This document shows, piece after piece, positions 17,801 through 26,499 of a stretch of DNA of 64,000 nt; position 1 is the stretch's first letter, and the number at the start of each line of letters is the position of its first letter. The notes beneath the pieces were generated by a model. The model searched no databases. It saw only the letters and a program-made list of their open reading frames with translations, and was not told where the DNA came from. Both the position numbers and the translations under genes were made by a program. Source of the stretch: an uncultured Eubacteriales bacterium (GTDB lineage: Bacteria > Bacillota > Clostridia > Christensenellales > CAG-138); the NCBI GenBank assembly GCA_900542615.1, contig UQOG01000002.1:11718-75717 (forward strand), in the 5' to 3' direction.

Positions 17801-19651
17801 ATGCAGGATACCCCGCTTCTGAACCGGCTGGGCTCCCTGGAGGATTACAAGCGGCTGCCCCAAAAGGATCTGGAGGAGCTGGCAAGGGAGATCCGTTTGT
17901 GCCTGGTGCAGGTCGTATCCCAAAATGGCGGGCATTTGGCCTCCAACCTGGGGGCTGTGGAGCTTACCATGGCGATGGATTGGGTATTTGACAGCCCAAG
18001 GGATAAGCTGCTATTCGACGTGGGGCATCAGGCGTATGTGCATAAGCTGCTCACAGGCCGCTACGGGGAATTTTCGACCCTACGGAAGGCCCATGGGTTA
18101 TCGGGCTTCCCAAAGCGGGAGGAAAGCGTCCACGACGCCTTTAATACCGGCCATGCCAGCACCTCCATCTCCGCCGCCCTGGGTATGCTGCGGGCCATGC
18201 GGCTAAACGGGGATACCACCCATTGCGCGGTGGCTTTGATCGGGGATGGGGCTCTGGGGGGCGGTATGGCGTTTGAAGCACTAAACGACGGGGGACAAAG
18301 CGGCTTGCCCCTGATCGTGTTGCTCAACGACAACGGCATGTCCATCTCGAAAAACGTGGGGGCCATGGCCATGCACCTATGCAAGGTGCGCACCAGCAAG
18401 CGGTATAACGATTTAAAGCGCCGGGTGATCGATTACGTGGAAAAGCTGCCGAGGATCGGCCCGGGCTTATATGGGCGCATATCCCGGTTCAAGGAGCGGA
18501 TCAAGTATTTTTTGCTGCCCAACGTGTTGTTTGAGGAGATGGGCTATACCTACCTTGGTCCCATCGACGGGCACGACCTATCGGCCCTGATTCGGGTGCT
18601 GGAAAAGGCCAAGGCACTGCGGCAGCCGGTGGTGATCCATACGGTCACCCAGAAGGGAAAGGGCTACGGCCTAGCTGAATCCAGCCCGGACAAATTCCAC
18701 GGCATCGGCGCCTTTGACCCACAGACCGGTTACATCCGGGGCAAGGCGGCCTGCACCAACTCGGACGTGCTGGGCATGACCCTATGCGACCTGGCGGAAC
18801 GGGATAAACGCATTGTGGCCATCACCGCCGCCATGCCGGATGGAACCGGGCTAACGGACTTTGCCCGGCGGTTTCCCCGGCGGTTTTTCGACGTGGGGAT
18901 CGCGGAACAGCACGCGGTTACCCTGGCGGCAGGCATGGCTGCGGCGGGCCTGCGGCCGGTGGTGGCCATCTATTCCACCTTTTTGCAGCGGGCCTATGAC
19001 CAGCTGCTCCATGACGTGGCCCTGCAGGGGCTGCCGGTGGTCTTTGCGGTGGACCGGGCGGGCCTGGTGGGGGAGGACGGGGAGACCCATCAGGGGGTCT
19101 ATGACCTGGCCTATTTGCATACCATTCCCGAATTGGATATTTATGCGCCCTCCAGCCAGGAGGAGCTAGCCGCCCTGCTGCCCATGGCCTTGGCGGCGGG
19201 CCGGCCGGCAGCGGTGCGCTATCCCCGGGGGGCGCTGATGAACCGGCCGCTGGAAGGGCCGATGGAACGGGGAAAATGGAAGGTCATTCGCCCCCTCCGG
19301 CCCGTGACCCTGGTGGCGGAGGGCCCCATGGTAGAGCGGACGCTGCTGGCGGTAGAAGGCAGGGACGTGGGCGTGGTGGATGCGTGGTGCATTCGGCCTA
19401 TGGATGGGGATACCATCGATGAAATCAAAGGCCGTTGCAAGCGGATTCTATGCCTGGAGGACGGGCTGCAAACGGGCGGCCTGGGCAGCCGGCTTTGCGA
19501 AGCCCTGAGCGGCACAGGGATCCAGGTGGCGCGCCTGGGCGTGGGAGAAGCGCCTGTGGCCCAGGGGACGGCAGCCCAGCAATATGCCTGGTGCGGCCTG
19601 GATGTGGAGAGCATCCGGCGGCGGCTGGAGAAGATGGAGGAAGGGCGATGA
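17801..19651 (+). CDS. dxs: 1-deoxy-D-xylulose-5-phosphate synthase
   Basis: Contains GGHLASNLGAVELTMA, GHQAYVHKLLTGR, the TPP motif IGDGALGGGMAFEALN and DVGIAEQHAVT. Start ATG 17801. Confidence 0.92.
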   Translation: MQDTPLLNRLGSLEDYKRLPQKDLEELAREIRLCLVQVVSQNGGHLASNLGAVELTMAMDWVFDSPRDKLLFDVGHQAYVHKLLTGRYGEFSTLRKAHGLSGFPKREESVHDAFNTGHASTSISAALGMLRAMRLNGDTTHCAVALIGDGALGGGMAFEALNDGGQSGLPLIVLLNDNGMSISKNVGAMAMHLCKVRTSKRYNDLKRRVIDYVEKLPRIGPGLYGRISRFKERIKYFLLPNVLFEEMGYTYLGPIDGHDLSALIRVLEKAKALRQPVVIHTVTQKGKGYGLAESSPDKFHGIGAFDPQTGYIRGKAACTNSDVLGMTLCDLAERDKRIVAITAAMPDGTGLTDFARRFPRRFFDVGIAEQHAVTLAAGMAAAGLRPVVAIYSTFLQRAYDQLLHDVALQGLPVVFAVDRAGLVGEDGETHQGVYDLAYLHTIPELDIYAPSSQEELAALLPMALAAGRPAAVRYPRGALMNRPLEGPMERGKWKVIRPLRPVTLVAEGPMVERTLLAVEGRDVGVVDAWCIRPMDGDTIDEIKGRCKRILCLEDGLQTGGLGSRLCEALSGTGIQVARLGVGEAPVAQGTAAQQYAWCGLDVESIRRRLEKMEEGR

Positions 19652-20487
19652 AGGGAGTCCGGGCGGACGTTCGTTTGGTGGAGCTGGGCCTTGCGCCCAG
19701 CCGGGAAAGGGCCCGGTCCCTGATTATGGCCGGGGTGGTTTTCTCGGACGGGAAGCGGGTGGAGAAGGCGGGGGAGACCCTTGGACCGGAACAGACGCTT
19801 ACGGTCAAGGAGGACCCCATCCCCTTCGTCAGCCGGGGCGGGCTGAAGCTCGCCAAGGCCATGAAGGCCTTCGGCCTTTCCCTGGACGGGGCGATCGCAG
19901 CGGACGTGGGGGCTTCCACCGGCGGATTCACGGACTGCATGTTGCAAAACGGCGCGAAAAAGGTTTATGCCATCGACGTGGGCTACGGCCAGCTGGATTG
20001 GCGGCTGCGCAACGATGGGCGGGTGGTGGTCATGGAACGGATGAACGCCCGCAATATGGCCCCGGATTGGTTCGCGGAGCCCCTGGATTTTGCCGGCATG
20101 GACGTGAGCTTCATCTCCATCCGCCTGATCCTGCCGGCCCTGTTTTCCTGCCTACGGCCCGGGGCGCAGGCGGTCACGCTGGTGAAGCCCCAATTCGAGG
20201 CGGGCCGGGATAAGGTGGGGAAAAACGGCGTGGTGCGGGATCCAAAGACCCATCTTTGCGTTTTACAGGATGCGGTGCAGGGGGCCATGGCTGCGGGCTT
20301 TTCCGTATGCCAGGCGGACTTTTCCCCCATTACCGGGCCAAAGGGCAACATCGAGTTTTTGCTTCTGCTGGAAAAGGGCGGGGACGCCCCTTTGACAGGG
20401 GACGCCTTGGCGCAGCGGCTGCAAGAGGTGGTGGAGCAAAGCCATGGGGAATTGGAAGGAACGGGGGTTTTGGATAAAATCCCTTGA
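19648..20487 (+). CDS. tlyA: TlyA-family rRNA 2'-O-methyltransferase
   Basis: S4-like N-terminus (RADVRLVELGLAPSRERARSLIMAG) and FtsJ-type methyltransferase motif DVGASTGGFTDCMLQNGAKKVYAIDVG. ATGA overlap with dxs. Confidence 0.85.
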   Translation: MKGVRADVRLVELGLAPSRERARSLIMAGVVFSDGKRVEKAGETLGPEQTLTVKEDPIPFVSRGGLKLAKAMKAFGLSLDGAIAADVGASTGGFTDCMLQNGAKKVYAIDVGYGQLDWRLRNDGRVVVMERMNARNMAPDWFAEPLDFAGMDVSFISIRLILPALFSCLRPGAQAVTLVKPQFEAGRDKVGKNGVVRDPKTHLCVLQDAVQGAMAAGFSVCQADFSPITGPKGNIEFLLLLEKGGDAPLTGDALAQRLQEVVEQSHGELEGTGVLDKIP

Positions 20488-20540
20488 AAAAACGCATAAA
20501 TACGCATATAATGAATAAACAAAGATCGTTGGGTAGTCAT

Positions 20541-21356
20541 ATGCATAGTTTGGGCATTTTTGCCAATCCGAATAACCCCAGCGCACTGGACGCAGTGCAA
20601 AATATTTTGCAAGCGGCAGAGCAGCTTTCCATGGCCTGCGCCCTGGACGACGCCCTGCGCAGCCTGCCCCAGTTTCAACGGGCCCCGGCCTTTTCCGCGG
20701 CCCGGCCCGAGGTGATCCTGGCCCTGGGGGGGGACGGTACCATTCTGCGGGCGGCTGCCCTGGCCGTACCTTTGGACGTGCCGGTCTTAGGCGTCAACTA
20801 TGGCCGGGTGGGGTTTATGAGCGCCATCAGCCATCAGGAGATTCCGGCAGCCCTGGAAAAGCTGCAAAAGGGGCAATACGCGGTAGATGAGCGGATGCTG
20901 CTGTCCTGCTCGGTCAACGGTGAAGCGCCCCAGGATTGCATCAACGAGGCCCTGCTTTATAAGCAGCGGTTTTCCGGGGTGGCGGATATCCATGTGGCCA
21001 TCGGCGGGCTGGACGCCGGCAGCGTATTTTGCGACGGCATTATCGTCAGCACGCCCAATGGTTCCACCGGCTATTCCATTTCCGCGGGGGGGCCGGTGGT
21101 GGCTCAGGGATTGGACGTGGCCATCATTACGCCCATATGCCCCCATACCCTTAGCTTCCGTCCCATTGTGGCGGATCCCGGCGAACCGCTGCGGCTGCGC
21201 ATGGGCAGCGACGGATATCTGGCTTTGGACGGCATCTATACCCGGGATATCAACCAGCGGGACGAGATCACCATCCGTAAAAGCCCAAGGACGGTGAAAT
21301 TCATCCAATTCCAGCAGCGGAACATTTACCAGCTCATCCATACCAAGCTGACCTAG
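20541..21356 (+). CDS. nadK: NAD kinase
   Basis: Contains LALGGDGTILRAA, GVNYGRVGFM, STPNGSTGYSISAGGP. The start is uncertain; ATG 20541 was chosen, and upstream in-frame ATGs exist. Confidence 0.85.
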   Translation: MHSLGIFANPNNPSALDAVQNILQAAEQLSMACALDDALRSLPQFQRAPAFSAARPEVILALGGDGTILRAAALAVPLDVPVLGVNYGRVGFMSAISHQEIPAALEKLQKGQYAVDERMLLSCSVNGEAPQDCINEALLYKQRFSGVADIHVAIGGLDAGSVFCDGIIVSTPNGSTGYSISAGGPVVAQGLDVAIITPICPHTLSFRPIVADPGEPLRLRMGSDGYLALDGIYTRDINQRDEITIRKSPRTVKFIQFQQRNIYQLIHTKLT

Positions 21357-21400
21357 CATCCGCACGTTCACCAAATACCAAGTGGGGGAGGTTTATTCAC

Positions 21401-21853
21401 GTGAAGTCTGCGCGCCATGCCATCATTCTGGACATCATTGAGCATTACGACATCGATACCCAAGAGGAGCTTGCCGCCCGCCTGCGGGAACAGGGGGTGA
21501 AGGTGACCCAGGCCACCGTGTCCCGGGATATCAAGGAGCTGCGCCTGATCAAGGTGCTCTCCGATGATGGAAATTATAAATACGCTACCGTGGATAAGGC
21601 TGAGGCGGGGTTGAAGGATCGATTCATCAGCATTTTTGCCCATTCGGTGTTGTCCATGACCGCCACCGGGCATCTGGTGATCGTAAAGACCATCTCCGGT
21701 ACGGCCGGCGCGGCCACAGAGGCCATCGATTCCCTGCGTTGGGATGAGATCGCCGGCACCATCGCCGGGGATAATACGATCTTTATCGCGGTGAAGGAGG
21801 GGGCGGACGCCAATGAGATGATCCGCCGGTTCCAAACCCTATTGAAGGTATAG
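21401..21853 (+). CDS. argR: arginine repressor ArgR/AhrC
   Basis: Contains RHAIILDIIEHYDIDTQEELAARLREQGVKVTQATVSRDIKELRLIK plus the C-terminal oligomerisation domain (GTIAGDNTIFI). GTG start with a GGGGGAGG SD. Confidence 0.88.
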   Translation: MKSARHAIILDIIEHYDIDTQEELAARLREQGVKVTQATVSRDIKELRLIKVLSDDGNYKYATVDKAEAGLKDRFISIFAHSVLSMTATGHLVIVKTISGTAGAATEAIDSLRWDEIAGTIAGDNTIFIAVKEGADANEMIRRFQTLLKV

Positions 21854-21859
21854 AGGCAT

Positions 21860-23563
21860 ATGCTGCAACGGCTTTTCGTAAAAAACGTAGCCCTGATCGA
21901 GGAACTGGACGTGGATTTTACCGCGGGCTTCAACGTGCTTACAGGTGAGACCGGCGCGGGAAAATCCATCGTGATCGACGCGGTGAACCTGGTGCTGGGG
22001 GAGCGGGCCAGCCGGGAGCTGATCAAGCATGGGGCGGACAAGGCGCGGGTGGAAGCCATATTCGATATCAAGGGCCGGGACGGCCTTTTATCCGCTTTGG
22101 AGGATATGGGCCTTCCTTGCGAGGCGCCGGGAGAATTGCTGCTCTCCCGGGAGATGTCCATGGCGGGTAAAAACGTGTGCAGGGTGAACGGCGCCTTGGT
22201 GAACCTGGCCACCCTTAAGGAGATCACCGACCAGCTGGTGGACGTCCACGGCCAGCACGCTCATCAGTCCCTGCTCTCTAAAAACCGGCATATGGAATAT
22301 CTGGATTCCTTCGCCCAGGAGGAGATCCGGCCCTGGAAGGAAGGGGTGGCGGCAGCAGCCCAGCGATATAAGCAGATCCAAGGGGAGCTGCTGGAGGGCT
22401 TTGGCTCTGAGGAGGAGCGGGCCAGGGAAATGGACATGCTGCGCTATCAGATTCAGGAGATCGAGAAGGCAGGTCTATATGCGGGGGAGGAAGAAGCCCT
22501 GTTGGCGGAGCGTAAGGTGCTGCAAAACGCCGCCCGGATCATGGAAGCCTTGGAGCAGGGCGGCGAAGCCCTGAGCGGCGAAGGGGATACGGCGGTAGCC
22601 CTGGTCAACGCCGCATGGCGGCAGATCCAGGGGATCGGGGAGCTTTCGGCGGAATATGGAGCGTTGGCCCAGCGGCTGGAGGAGGCGTATTATGCCCTGG
22701 AGGATATCAGCTACAGCCTGCGGGACCTGCAAGCCGGTTTTGAATACGACCCCCAGCGGGCAGAGCAGATCGAGGAGCGGCTGGCGCTGTACCATAACCT
22801 GAAGCGGAAATACGGCGAGGACTATGAAGCGATCATGGGTTACCTGGCAGCCAGCGCAGAGCGGTTGGAGAAGCTGGAAGGCTCGGAAGAGCGCCGGGCA
22901 AACCTGGAGCGGGAGCTTCAGCAGGCGGAGGAGGCATATAGGCAGCAGGCGGACGGGTTGACCCAGGCCCGCAGGGCGGCGGCAGCCGCCTTGGAAGCGG
23001 GCATGGTACAGGAGCTCAAGGAGCTGGGATTTGCCCATGGGGACTTTGCCGTGGCATTCCATCCGGTGGAGGGCATTTCCGCCCTTGGGGCGGAGCGGGC
23101 GGAATTCCTGCTCAGCGCCAACGCGGGAGAGCCGCTCAAGCCCCTGGAAAAGGTGGCCTCCGGCGGCGAAATCAGCCGGATCATGCTGGCCATGAAGGCC
23201 ATGTTCGCCAAAGGCGATGCCATTGGGACCCTGATTTTCGATGAGATCGACACGGGGATCAGCGGCAGGATCGCCAGCGTGGTGGGGGAGAAGATGGTGC
23301 GCATCGCCCAGGACCATCAGGTGCTGTGCGTCACACATCTGCCGCAGATCGCCGCCATGGCGGACGCCCATTACCTGGTGGAAAAATCCGAAGACGCAGG
23401 CCATGCCCGCACGTCCTTGCGGCTTCTCACCCAGCAGGAACGCTATGCCCAGGTGGCGGCCATGATGAGCGGGACCGGACAAAGCGCCACGGCATTGGAG
23501 CACGCCAGGGAGCTGGTGGATGGCTGCGCAGCCGCTAAAGCGGGCGGCCGAAAGGGCGCATAG
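21860..23563 (+). CDS. recN: DNA repair protein RecN
   Basis: 567 aa. Walker A LTGETGAGKSIVIDA, long coiled-coil, SMC signature ASGGEISRIMLA and Walker B LIFDEIDTGISG. Confidence 0.92.
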   Translation: MLQRLFVKNVALIEELDVDFTAGFNVLTGETGAGKSIVIDAVNLVLGERASRELIKHGADKARVEAIFDIKGRDGLLSALEDMGLPCEAPGELLLSREMSMAGKNVCRVNGALVNLATLKEITDQLVDVHGQHAHQSLLSKNRHMEYLDSFAQEEIRPWKEGVAAAAQRYKQIQGELLEGFGSEEERAREMDMLRYQIQEIEKAGLYAGEEEALLAERKVLQNAARIMEALEQGGEALSGEGDTAVALVNAAWRQIQGIGELSAEYGALAQRLEEAYYALEDISYSLRDLQAGFEYDPQRAEQIEERLALYHNLKRKYGEDYEAIMGYLAASAERLEKLEGSEERRANLERELQQAEEAYRQQADGLTQARRAAAAALEAGMVQELKELGFAHGDFAVAFHPVEGISALGAERAEFLLSANAGEPLKPLEKVASGGEISRIMLAMKAMFAKGDAIGTLIFDEIDTGISGRIASVVGEKMVRIAQDHQVLCVTHLPQIAAMADAHYLVEKSEDAGHARTSLRLLTQQERYAQVAAMMSGTGQSATALEHARELVDGCAAAKAGGRKGA

Positions 23564-23621
23564 CTGCAAAAAGGAAAGAATATATTCCCACCGTATAGCC
23601 GAGACGGATGCCGAGGAAACT

Positions 23622-23669
23622 AACACTGCGGATGAAGGGGCGAAGCCCTGGAACCCCAGTGTTTTTTTT
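23622..23669 (+). terminator. rho-independent terminator between recN and spoIVB
   Basis: Outer stem AACACTG / CAGTGTT encloses an inner GGGC-GAA-GCCC hairpin and is followed by T8. It ends 14 nt before the spoIVB ATG. Confidence 0.6.
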
Positions 23670-23683
23670 CGAGGTGACGTGCC

Positions 23684-24940
23684 ATGAACAGAGGCAGGGG
23701 GAGCGCCGTTGTGCGCGGAATTGGTCTGCTGGTCTGCTTGCTGCTGATCAGCTTTAACTATGGGGAGCCGGCGCGGCTCGTCCGGGAGCTGCCGAGCCAG
23801 GCCTACATCGGATCGGACAGCGAAAGCCAGCTGGCTGGCATTGGCGCGCCCTTTTCCCTTCGGTATGGGCAAAACCAGCAGGCCGTATCCCAGGATCTAT
23901 CCCAGACCCTTTCCCAGGACGCGGCTGCCGGGTATTCGGTGCAGGTGGACCTATTCGGCCTGATCCCCCTGAAAAAGATCAGCTTTTATACCCGGGATTC
24001 CATCTGGGTGATGCCGGGCGGCTATTCGGTAGGCGTCACCCTGTATACCAAGGGAGCGTTGGTGGTGGGGCTGGGGGAATTTGAGACCCTGGATGGAACC
24101 GCCGTATGCCCGGCCCAGGCGGCGGGGATCCGGGTGGGGGACGTGATCCTGGGGGTAAACGGCACGGAGGTAAAGGATGCGGCCCATTTGACGGCCTTGT
24201 GCAACGAAACCCAAGGGGCGGTAGACCTGCGCCTTGCAAGGGGCGAGGAGACCTTGGAGGTGACCATCCAGCCGGCGGCAGACCGGCAGGATGGGATCTA
24301 TAAAATGGGCATGTGGGTGCGGGACAGTACGGCGGGCATCGGGACCTTATCCTTTTACGCCATGGATACCCTGCGTTACGGCGCATTGGGGCATCCCATC
24401 ACGGATGTGGATACGGGGTCGTTGCTGTCTGTGAAGACCGGGGAGATCGTGCAATCCAATGTGGTGGGCATCGCCCAGGGAAGCAGCGGCCTCCCGGGGG
24501 AGATCCAGGGCGCCTTCAGCACCGTCAGCCAGCGGTTGGGCACGCTGGAAACCAACAGCAATATCGGCATATATGGGCAGCTTTATTCTCCACTGGAAAA
24601 CCCGCTGTATCCGGAGGGGGTATTGCTTGCTTATCCGGAGGAGATTCATACGGGCGCCGCACAGCTATTGACTACGGTGGATGAAAACGGGGTACAGGCC
24701 TATGATTGCCAAATCATAAAAACCTACCCGCAGACCAGCGCCGCCGCCAAGGGGATGGTCGTCCAGATCACCGACCCAAGGCTCATCGAAAAGACGGGCG
24801 GGATCGTGCAAGGCATGAGCGGCAGCCCCATTGTGCAGGATGGGAAGCTGGCAGGCGCCGTAACCCACGTATTTGTCAACGATCCCCTTCGGGGATATTG
24901 CATTTACGCCCTCTGGATGTACCAACAAACCCTGAATTAG
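23684..24940 (+). CDS. spoIVB: SpoIVB peptidase (S55)
   Basis: 418 aa with a signal anchor, a PDZ domain (GIRVGDVILGVNGTEVKD) and the S55 catalytic region GMSGSPIVQDGKLAGAVTHVFVNDP. GAGGTG SD. Confidence 0.9.
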   Translation: MNRGRGSAVVRGIGLLVCLLLISFNYGEPARLVRELPSQAYIGSDSESQLAGIGAPFSLRYGQNQQAVSQDLSQTLSQDAAAGYSVQVDLFGLIPLKKISFYTRDSIWVMPGGYSVGVTLYTKGALVVGLGEFETLDGTAVCPAQAAGIRVGDVILGVNGTEVKDAAHLTALCNETQGAVDLRLARGEETLEVTIQPAADRQDGIYKMGMWVRDSTAGIGTLSFYAMDTLRYGALGHPITDVDTGSLLSVKTGEIVQSNVVGIAQGSSGLPGEIQGAFSTVSQRLGTLETNSNIGIYGQLYSPLENPLYPEGVLLAYPEEIHTGAAQLLTTVDENGVQAYDCQIIKTYPQTSAAAKGMVVQITDPRLIEKTGGIVQGMSGSPIVQDGKLAGAVTHVFVNDPLRGYCIYALWMYQQTLN

Positions 24941-24985
24941 TATAATAAATTATACAAAAAATAACATACATATATTCTAGATAGC

Positions 24986-25023
24986 AGCTGGAAATATCAT
25001 AATAATGGGATGTATTTCCAGCT
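24986..25023 (+). terminator. hairpin / weak terminator candidate after spoIVB
   Basis: Stem AGCTGGAAATA / TATTTCCAGCT (11 bp) with a 16-nt loop. The T-rich tract follows only after 9 nt. Confidence 0.4.
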
Positions 25024-25051
25024 TAGCTCTATATTTTTGTATAAAACCTAC

Positions 25052-25070
25052 TGTCGTCCCTTTGTATAAT
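25052..25070 (+). promoter_or_regulatory. near-0A-box plus extended -10-like element upstream of spo0A
   Basis: TGTCGTC (25052..25058) matches 6 of 7 positions of the TGTCGAA 0A box. It is followed by TGTATAAT (25063..25070), which is TG-n-TATAAT-like. No convincing -35 element. Confidence 0.3.
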
Positions 25071-25185
25071 TCATGCGCAAAAACTGTCTATGCATTGCGC
25101 TTGCTTCCAGATTCTGCTATACTTATCCTGTAGCTTGTACGTTAATAGTTTTTTCTTTTTTCCTTCCAGATCCTCTATTTACAAA

Positions 25186-25223
25186 ATAATTAAATATGTG
25201 GTATATAATTAAATATGTGGTAT
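25186..25223. repeat. perfect 19-bp tandem duplication (ATAATTAAATATGTGGTAT x2)
   Basis: Copies at 25186..25204 and 25205..25223 are identical and abut head to tail. The repeat ends 5 nt before the spo0A ATG. Confidence 0.9.
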
Positions 25224-25228
25224 TTGCT

Positions 25229-26017
25229 ATGAAACCTTATAGCTTGCTTATCATTACGGATAACGTAACTCTACGGGAAAGGCTGGAAACGTATTTCTCA
25301 TCCATTTCCCTGATTTCCCTGCTGCCTTCCGCAGTGGATGGACCATCCGGTGTGGTGCAGGCCAAGCTCAACGAACCCGATATGATGCTGCTGGATATGC
25401 TTATGCCCAAAATGGATGGCATCGCGGTGCTTCGGCGGCTACAGGCGGAAAATTGCTGTAAAAATACCCGCATATTCGCCTTGTCATCCATGAAGGGCGA
25501 GGAAGCCATCCAGCTGGGGGAGAGCTTAGGTGTTACCTATCAGATCCAAATGCCAACGGATGAAAGCCTGATTTTTAGCCGGATGATGGACTTTGCGCCG
25601 GATCGGGATGGGCGCGTTAAGCAATATCGCAACAGGATGCGGGAAAACGATTTGAATTTGCAGATTGACGAGGCGATTACTTTTCTGTTCCGGCATATGG
25701 GCTGCCCGGTGAACCTGGCCGGATATTATCAGGCGAAAACCGTTATTTCCTACTGTGTGCGCAATCGTGAAAGGGCCATTTTCCTTTCCAAGGAGGCATA
25801 TCCCTATGCCGCAAAAATCCATGGGGTAAACGCAAAGCAAATCGAACGGAATATCCGCAACCTCATCGAGGTCACCTGGACACGCGGCGATATGAAGGCC
25901 CAGCATAAGATCTTCGGCAACACCGTGGAAGACGAAAAATCCAGGCCCACCAATAAGGAGTTTATCGCAAACTTGACCCAGTATACCATTCGGCGTTTAC
26001 ATAAGACCCTGAGCTAA
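25229..26017 (+). CDS. spo0A: Spo0A-type sporulation response regulator (divergent)
   Basis: Receiver domain (LLIITDN, LLDMLMPKMDG) plus a Spo0A_C-type DNA-binding domain (AKQIERNIRNLIEVTWTRGD...SRPTNKEFIANL). Canonical position downstream of spoIVB. Start ATG 25229 has no SD; in-frame ATG 25196 is the alternative. Confidence 0.8.
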   Translation: MKPYSLLIITDNVTLRERLETYFSSISLISLLPSAVDGPSGVVQAKLNEPDMMLLDMLMPKMDGIAVLRRLQAENCCKNTRIFALSSMKGEEAIQLGESLGVTYQIQMPTDESLIFSRMMDFAPDRDGRVKQYRNRMRENDLNLQIDEAITFLFRHMGCPVNLAGYYQAKTVISYCVRNRERAIFLSKEAYPYAAKIHGVNAKQIERNIRNLIEVTWTRGDMKAQHKIFGNTVEDEKSRPTNKEFIANLTQYTIRRLHKTLS

Positions 26018-26499
26018 AAATAGGCCCGCTTGCAAACGGAGAGAAACCAGCAAAGCAGTTATGCTTTTGCATGGTTTCCTTGCAAGCATAGGGAATGGGC
26101 ACAGTTCTATGCTATGGCATTACTTTTCTTATATTTCAGCCGGACGCATTAGAATTTATTGATATAATTGAAATAAACATCTAATAATATGCTGTAATTT
26201 CATATTGCGAAAAAAATATAGCCGCGTTATATGAAAATAAAAAACGATTTGGGTGGTATGCTTTTCTTCCGAAGCGCATACCCATTTCTAGGTATGCTAT
26301 ATCCCGGGCTTCATGCGGCCCGCCGTAACAAGCGGGCAAAGAAAAGCTGCGGCGGTTCAGTATCGTATTCATCAATAGATAAAGGCAAAATGATGTATGT
26401 GCTCACCTATATGCTGCCCTCGATTTAATCCAGCGCCAACAACGGTAGAATTGGCGCTGGCGCACATATATTGCCGGGCCGGGGCGTATATATGGAAGC

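Noticed and set aside
17783-17801. OLE RNA, which in some anaerobic Firmicutes lies within the xseAB-ispA-dxs-tlyA-nadK-recN cluster.
   Set aside because: ispA and dxs are separated by only 17 nt, and no other gap in the cluster could hold an RNA of about 600 nt.
26181-26428. Small ORFs (65 aa on the + strand, 64 aa on the - strand) in the AT-rich spacer after spo0A, considered as candidate small proteins.
   Set aside because: They overlap each other on opposite strands. They lack an SD, have no recognisable motif, and have composition typical of random AT-rich frames.
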